A stretch of 41,215 bases of DNA from Asterionella formosa (Eukaryota). The notes beneath the pieces were generated by a model, which saw only the letters and a list, made by a program, of their open reading frames with translations, had not been told where the DNA came from and searched no databases. Both the position numbers and the translations under genes were made by a program. Positions within the stretch are counted from its first letter, which is position 1. The number at the start of each line of letters is the position of its first letter. This document shows, one piece after another, positions 35,663 to 41,215 of this stretch. Where the stretch lies: positions 1 to 41,215 of the forward strand of contig NKIB01014714.1 in assembly GCA_002256025.1 (NCBI GenBank), given 5' to 3'.

Positions 35663-36766
35663 ATGAAGTCTACTACCGGTGGAGAAAAGGTGATTGCGCC
35701 ATAGTACACCCGTGAGCAATGGATAAGAATCCCTTTGCTGCTGTGGTTGTTGCCTTTGCTTTGCCTGCTGGCACTCGTTCATGCAGCTTATTCACTTCCA
35801 AATACAATGGCTTTTTTTGAACGGATTGACGATATTGAGCTTTCAACCTTACAAATACCCATCATTGAAATGACAAGCAACAAGATCCCTCCAAAAATAA
35901 TGGCTTCAAAGATCCAGGAGGAGCGACAGATTTTGGTGGTGTATTCTGGTCCGACAAGCATGGATCGGACTCAAGAGGGAAAGAACAAGCAAGAGCTTTA
36001 TCATCGAAATATGATTTACTTTATGAAACATGGCGTCGACTGTCGAAGCCAAGACCCAGTATTTGTGGTAACGAGGGAAGTGAGACCTCACTATCAAGAT
36101 CAAATCCGGAAAATGAACCTGAAATGCCTACCTCACAACCATTCGGTGCAACTACTAGTGAGAGAGCCAGAGTGTTACTATTTGGAGACGGTTCGAACTG
36201 TATTTTCCAACTCAAATGTCAGTGCGGCGAGTTACGATTATTTTGTCTACGTCAATTGTGGCATGTCAGGACCATTTGTTAATAAACATGCCAACCAATT
36301 ACCGTGGACTAACCAGCTCATATCTTTGCTGAATGACAACGTGAAAATGTCCGGTCTGACGGCTTATTGTCCCAACTCCCCTCATAGAGAACACATACAA
36401 TCTTTTGTATATGCGTTGGATAGAGTGGGTCTAGATATCATTTTGAAATCAAACGCAATCTTCGACTGCAGACAAGTCGGTTTCACGTGGAGTTTGACAC
36501 GATATATTGTGTACAATTATGAAATCGGGATGGGCCAAGCAATCTTGAACTCAGGCCACGGCCTTGCAAGTCTACTTCCTCGCATTGTCATCATGCCTGA
36601 AAATAGGACCAAGTGTTCAAATTTTGACATTTGGGGCAAAAGTGGCCTCACAAAGAAGTTTGGGCACATTCCTAGCAGCAATAAAACATTGTTTTTCAAG
36701 AGCTCTCGACTGCTTACGAAGGAAGTTGCACAGATGATAGAGTATCCTGGGAAGCCTCACTGGTAA
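35663..36766 (+). pseudogene. Type II membrane glycosyltransferase-like protein (RgpF-like?) with an in-frame TAG at codon 14
   Basis: ATG 35663 reads MKSTTGGEKVIAP*YTREQWIRIPLLLWLL.. in frame with the 343-aa ORF. Motifs YDYFVYVNCGMSGPF, HIQSFVYALD and YEIGMGQAILNSG. Confidence 0.55.
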
Positions 36767-37238
36767 AAGAGGTGAGACGACGAACTATTGTTTTGATCTC
36801 AGTTCATCGAACCGCAAGTTGATGTATCCTCGTCGTCTGCTTATATTGGATCGTTCAAAATACGTAGCTTGGCAGTCAAGTAATCAACAATGAAATAATA
36901 AACTATCGTATTAGACAACCGTAGAGTATAGAATATATACACCGGTATCTTGTGTGTGATTAGAGATCATCCTACCAGTATCGGTGTGTTACAAACAAGG
37001 AATGCTATAGTACGCCTCTTCCGCGTTTCGTCGTCGCTGATGTGTTTTCGGGACTCACCAGTCCATATTTCTCGTTTATCGTAGTGATCCTAACGGTAAG
37101 CAAATACAACATCAATGGTATATACTCAACATACTATTTCATACTTTTCGATGCATAGATGGTGGAGACACAGATAATGTTACTGATTACCTATAATATA
37201 AACCGGGGTATATCACATGAGCAAACCAGGAGTTACTG

Positions 37239-38560
37239 TTACATGTACTCTATCAGGCAAACATATGCCGTATGAAATGTAAAAACAAGTCGCATCGACC
37301 ATGAATTCTTTGGTATTCCTTTCACAATGTCTTCAGAAGTTGAAGCGTGAGGCATACGCACGATATCAGTAGGGGTAGTAGTGGGAACCTGTGTTGGTGC
37401 AGAGCTAGTATTTTGAGTAGGGAGAGCAGTAGGTGTTTGGGTCGGCACCGAAGTAGGTACAGGTACTTCGAACATGGGTGAGGCAGCTGGAATGGAAGTA
37501 GAATTTTGCATAGGAGCTGAAGTAGTAGGTTGCACTTTGGAGGCAAATGTACCAGTAGGTATCGCAGTAGACGGAACGGAGGTTGGAGTTTGAGTAGGGG
37601 CTGATGTAGTTGGTTGCAATGTCGGACAAGAAGTAGGCGAGGCAGTGGTCGGGACAGAAGTAGGAGTTTGAGTGGGGGCTGAAGTAGTAGGTTGCAATGT
37701 CGGACCAAACGTAGGAGAGGCAATGGTTGGGTCAGAAGTGGGAGTTTGACTAGGGGCTAATACAGTTGGTTGCAATGTCAGACCAAACGTAGGCAATACA
37801 GTGAATGCAGTGGTCAACACAGAAGTAGGAGTTTGAGTAGGGGCTGATGTACTAGGTTGCAATGTCGGACCAGAAGTAGGCGAGACAGTACAACATCGGA
37901 GTAGTTCAGAAACGAGAGCGTAGTCAATCCATTATTTTCTCGAGGGAGATACCATGTCCAGCTTCCCTTTGCTTTGAGTACGCGACTCATCCAATCCACA
38001 GCTTGAGACACATTCGAAAGTAGTGGTGACCCAATTAGCTTCCAGTCGACGCACATTGGCATGCAAACGTGGCCAAATGAGAGTTCGCCATTGCTTCCTA
38101 CCAAGTAGCCGGGATTGACGCTCGTGTTTCTGGCCTCCATTGAAGTTACCATCGGTAAGTCAAGAATAGAACTGGAAGGGTTCCTATCAATTCTATTCGG
38201 ATGGCCGAACGTAAAATCCTCGAACCCTGGGTAGTTATTGATCAAGGGTACATTTTGAATGTCGTTAAATGTAAGCACTGTGTCATTTTTGTATTTACGG
38301 ACAGCGTCTTTGAGAAGAGGAAAGTGTCAGTAATTCGCATTTTCAAACCACCATCAATCAACCCTTGTTGTGTATCGCGCTGTATACTCGTCAATAACGA
38401 CAGTGGCAAAGGCTTTCTTAAGGTTTGTTTCATGTGCGTAACTGTATAAGGTAGTCACGTAGTTCGACCCCTTGATCATGCCTTGTGAGCATCCACAGGC
38501 TGCATTATATTCATTATCAGCCGTAATTCCATGTGAACCATCCGACGGCTCACGAGTCAA
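37239..38560 (-). pseudogene. Disrupted gene for a protein with a globular domain and a Pro/Thr-rich repeat tail
   Basis: One frame runs from 38560 to about 37890 through two TGA stops (38356-38354, 38329-38327), then shifts frame into the PT-repeat ORF ending at 37239. Confidence 0.6.
37480..37886 (-). repeat. Coding tandem repeat, about 5 copies, period about 78-87 bp (LQPTTSAPTQTPTSVPTTASPTxxPT)
   Basis: GGTTGCAATGTC recurs at about 37612, 37691, 37768 and 37856, with a degenerate copy at about 37528. Confidence 0.9.
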
Positions 38561-38776
38561 AAGTAGTAAAGTATCAGTATCAAGTACCAGGATCCATGTT
38601 TACAGTACCTGGTACCTCACCCGAATCTGAGTGACTGAAACGACGTCTTTTCTCTTTTGACCGGGTCATTCAACATGTCCGGCGAGAGTCTCGCTCATAT
38701 TTTGTACATAAGCATCATGCTCCCACCTTTCTTGATGGTGTTACCATTTCTAGATTCGACTTTTTCAGCAAGTGTT

Positions 38777-40705
38777 CTATGGAACATTCCAATCAATTGG
38801 ACCTTTCCCAGCTTTTTCAAGGGCTTCATTGGTACGACTGAAGCATCGTGACCCAAGGAAGGGAGAATTTGTTTTCGATGCGCCAAGAGGACTAGGGTGG
38901 CTTGTCCGAATTATTGTGTGCTTTGACTCATCCACTCCACTAGCGATTTTAGTGGCAGGATTTCCCCATAGCAAAAATACAAGGTCTGCTTTCTCATTGC
39001 TTAGGGTATCTATGACGGTGTTTGTAAATTCCTCCCAACCTTGTTTAGCATGACTATTGGCTTCTCCCTCACGGACTGTCAGAACACTATTCAGTAGCAA
39101 AACACCTTGTTCTGCCCAGCATGTTAAACATCCACTTCGAGGCATGCTAATTCCAACATCTTGACATGCCTCTTTAAAGATGTTCACGAGAGAAGGGGGA
39201 ACTCGTACCCCTGTTCGAACAGAAAAGGCTAGTCCATGACCTTGACCTTGACCGTGATAAGGGTCTTGGCCCACTATGACGACTTTGACCTTGTCGAGTG
39301 GACAGAGATTGAGTGCAGCAAATATATCTTCTTGTGGTGGATAAATCGTCGTACCAGCACTTCGTTCGTTATCCAAGAAAGCAGCGAGCTTTCGAAACGA
39401 AGGAGACGCTATGCATTTAGAAAGTGCCATCTTCCAACCTACTTCTTTCAATCCACTTGTGAGCCTTTGCACAGCATCACTTGTTCCACTACCTTTCCCG
39501 ATTAATTCAGCAGCTGTTCTATCGTTACCACTGCTATCATGGTTTGTCGCTGTACCCTTATTCTCGTCGCGCATACTACGGGGCATAAACAGTTGTTCTT
39601 GTGTATACCAAATCGTCCTCGAGTGCGGGCCATTAACCTCCATATGAACAGGGTTCCCTCGAGCACACACTTTTCTCCCATATACTTGAAGCTGAAATTC
39701 AAAGGTTCCCCTATTTCCTTGTACGTCTCGATAGGACCCTCCCTTTGCGCGAGTCATACCTTGAGCCTCATAAGATTCAAATGCCGTGGATTGAAGTTCA
39801 TGAAACAGCGCGCGTTTTTGGAGATCACTGAGCTCATGGAGCGAGGCAAATGGATCAATGCTTGCCCTGTACAGACCTTCTGCCAAGATGTAGTTCCCAA
39901 CTCCTGAGATGTTCTCTTGATTCATGAGGAATTTGCATACATTTAGATTTTTATTTCGTTGAGCAGCCATCACTTGAAGAAATTCGTGTTCCGATGTATC
40001 ATGACATAGTATATCAGGTCCGAGGGATTGTAGCTTCTTGGTCAGCATCGCCTTGCTGAGGCAAAACTTGACTGTTCCAAAGTTTCGTTGATCATAATAA
40101 TAAATTCTTCTTATTTTTCCCGTCTCCGTATTCAAGAGACTCATGTACCATCGTGCATGTATAGTATTGTCCCCTGCGTCATGCATGGCTTCCGACACAA
40201 ATCTCCCCGTCATGGCCAGTGTGATCCAAATACTCCTAAGAAAGTCGTCATCGGTCTCATTGTCGTGTCTACCGGTAGCAGCGCCCTTGTCAAGCACGAT
40301 ATAAATGAATTTTCCTTTGGCATTCCATTCTTGAATGATGTCATATTGCTTCGAAGACGAAGAATCGTCACTAGTCGTGAGGGTTTCCACAAAAGCAGGA
40401 TACGTTTCTGGTGGACCATTCCGTTCATACCGTCCAGAGATCCATTGAAATCCAAGCAATCGCATGTTGATTCCGCCTTGTAATTGATCCACGACAGTCC
40501 TTACTTCCGGACCTTCCGGCATCATGATAAGCGACGATCGTGTGACAAACTGTCGCTGTATTAGAATCTTCATGGTGGCTCCTTGAAAAGTGGTTCTTCG
40601 TCCGATGATGGAAGGAATCAGTGCGTTGGAACGAATCATTAGTGCTGTGATGAGAGCCACCGGTACACGCAATCTTGCGTAGGAGTAGATGTTGTTGTTG
40701 CTCAT
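38777..40705 (-). CDS. Fusion of an Fpg/Nei DNA glycosylase/AP-lyase and a family-1 uracil-DNA glycosylase, with an N-terminal targeting sequence, 642 aa
   Basis: Nei part: MPEGPEV (aa 62-68), KGKFI, LAMTG, DQRNFG, LGPD, H2TH motif NQENISGVGNYILAE, VYGR. UNG part: GQDPYH, GLAFSV, PPSLVNI, WAEQGVLLLNSVLTV, FLLWG, HPSPL, PIDW. One uninterrupted ORF. Confidence 0.93.
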   Translation of the reverse strand: MSNNNIYSYARLRVPVALITALMIRSNALIPSIIGRRTTFQGATMKILIQRQFVTRSSLIMMPEGPEVRTVVDQLQGGINMRLLGFQWISGRYERNGPPETYPAFVETLTTSDDSSSSKQYDIIQEWNAKGKFIYIVLDKGAATGRHDNETDDDFLRSIWITLAMTGRFVSEAMHDAGDNTIHARWYMSLLNTETGKIRRIYYYDQRNFGTVKFCLSKAMLTKKLQSLGPDILCHDTSEHEFLQVMAAQRNKNLNVCKFLMNQENISGVGNYILAEGLYRASIDPFASLHELSDLQKRALFHELQSTAFESYEAQGMTRAKGGSYRDVQGNRGTFEFQLQVYGRKVCARGNPVHMEVNGPHSRTIWYTQEQLFMPRSMRDENKGTATNHDSSGNDRTAAELIGKGSGTSDAVQRLTSGLKEVGWKMALSKCIASPSFRKLAAFLDNERSAGTTIYPPQEDIFAALNLCPLDKVKVVIVGQDPYHGQGQGHGLAFSVRTGVRVPPSLVNIFKEACQDVGISMPRSGCLTCWAEQGVLLLNSVLTVREGEANSHAKQGWEEFTNTVIDTLSNEKADLVFLLWGNPATKIASGVDESKHTIIRTSHPSPLGASKTNSPFLGSRCFSRTNEALEKAGKGPIDWNVP

Positions 40706-41215
40706 TTATAGAAAGCAATACCGGCAGTGCCTTCGATTGCTGAGCGGTGAGTACCTGAGTTAGCCTACTCACAATTTCGTGTCACCACCAAGTGACCACC
40801 AAGTGGCTACTAATGATTAAAATGAAAAAGTGTGGATGTTGGAGACTCCATCATACCACGCTCTACATACGTATGCCGATGATCGAGAATAGTACCAGGT
40901 ACCACCTCCTACCTTGGTTGAAAATAATTGGACCAGGTCGTGCTGAGTACCAGGTACCAGTAGAGGGGAGCGAAAAAGCAAGAATCCATCAACAGGAGGA
41001 GTTTCCGGTAATGTGGCGTTGGTCTACGGACCGGTACTGTAGTAGGCCATTGAATGAAGTCAAATAAACCTTGCTTGGTATTGTACCAGGTACCACCTAA
41101 AAACTGAGAGTCATACAAACTTTCAGTTTTGTACTGATAGTCATAACAAAACGGGGTAATCACACGGTTTGAGACGAATATTTGTAATATTATAAATCTG
41201 TATTAGACAAAGTCC

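Overview
Eukaryotic genomic DNA, most likely from a diatom (short GT-AG introns with CTAAC/CTGAC branch points, single-chain urease, ubiquitin-NiSOD fusion, bipartite plastid-type presequence). About 12 protein genes can be supported: a secreted 2OG-Fe(II) oxygenase with ankyrin repeats, a head-to-head ureG/urease pair, two tandem mucin-stalk/TM/PDZ genes, a family-16 methyltransferase, an SPFH/HIR protein, a Pat1-like protein, a GT14 glycosyltransferase, ubiquitin-NiSOD, a RING ligase and a Nei/Fpg-UNG fusion. Two further genes appear disrupted, and there are degraded transposon-like stretches. The most notable items are: (1) a single-chain zincless Nei glycosylase/AP-lyase fused to uracil-DNA glycosylase, probably organelle-targeted; (2) both known diatom nickel enzymes plus a poly-His UreG within about 24 kb; (3) dense GGTACC-based palindrome arrays between genes, often upstream of starts; (4) a tandem surface-protein duplication whose ectodomain is far more diverged than its intron and flank. 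No database search was possible, so family calls rest on recognised motifs.
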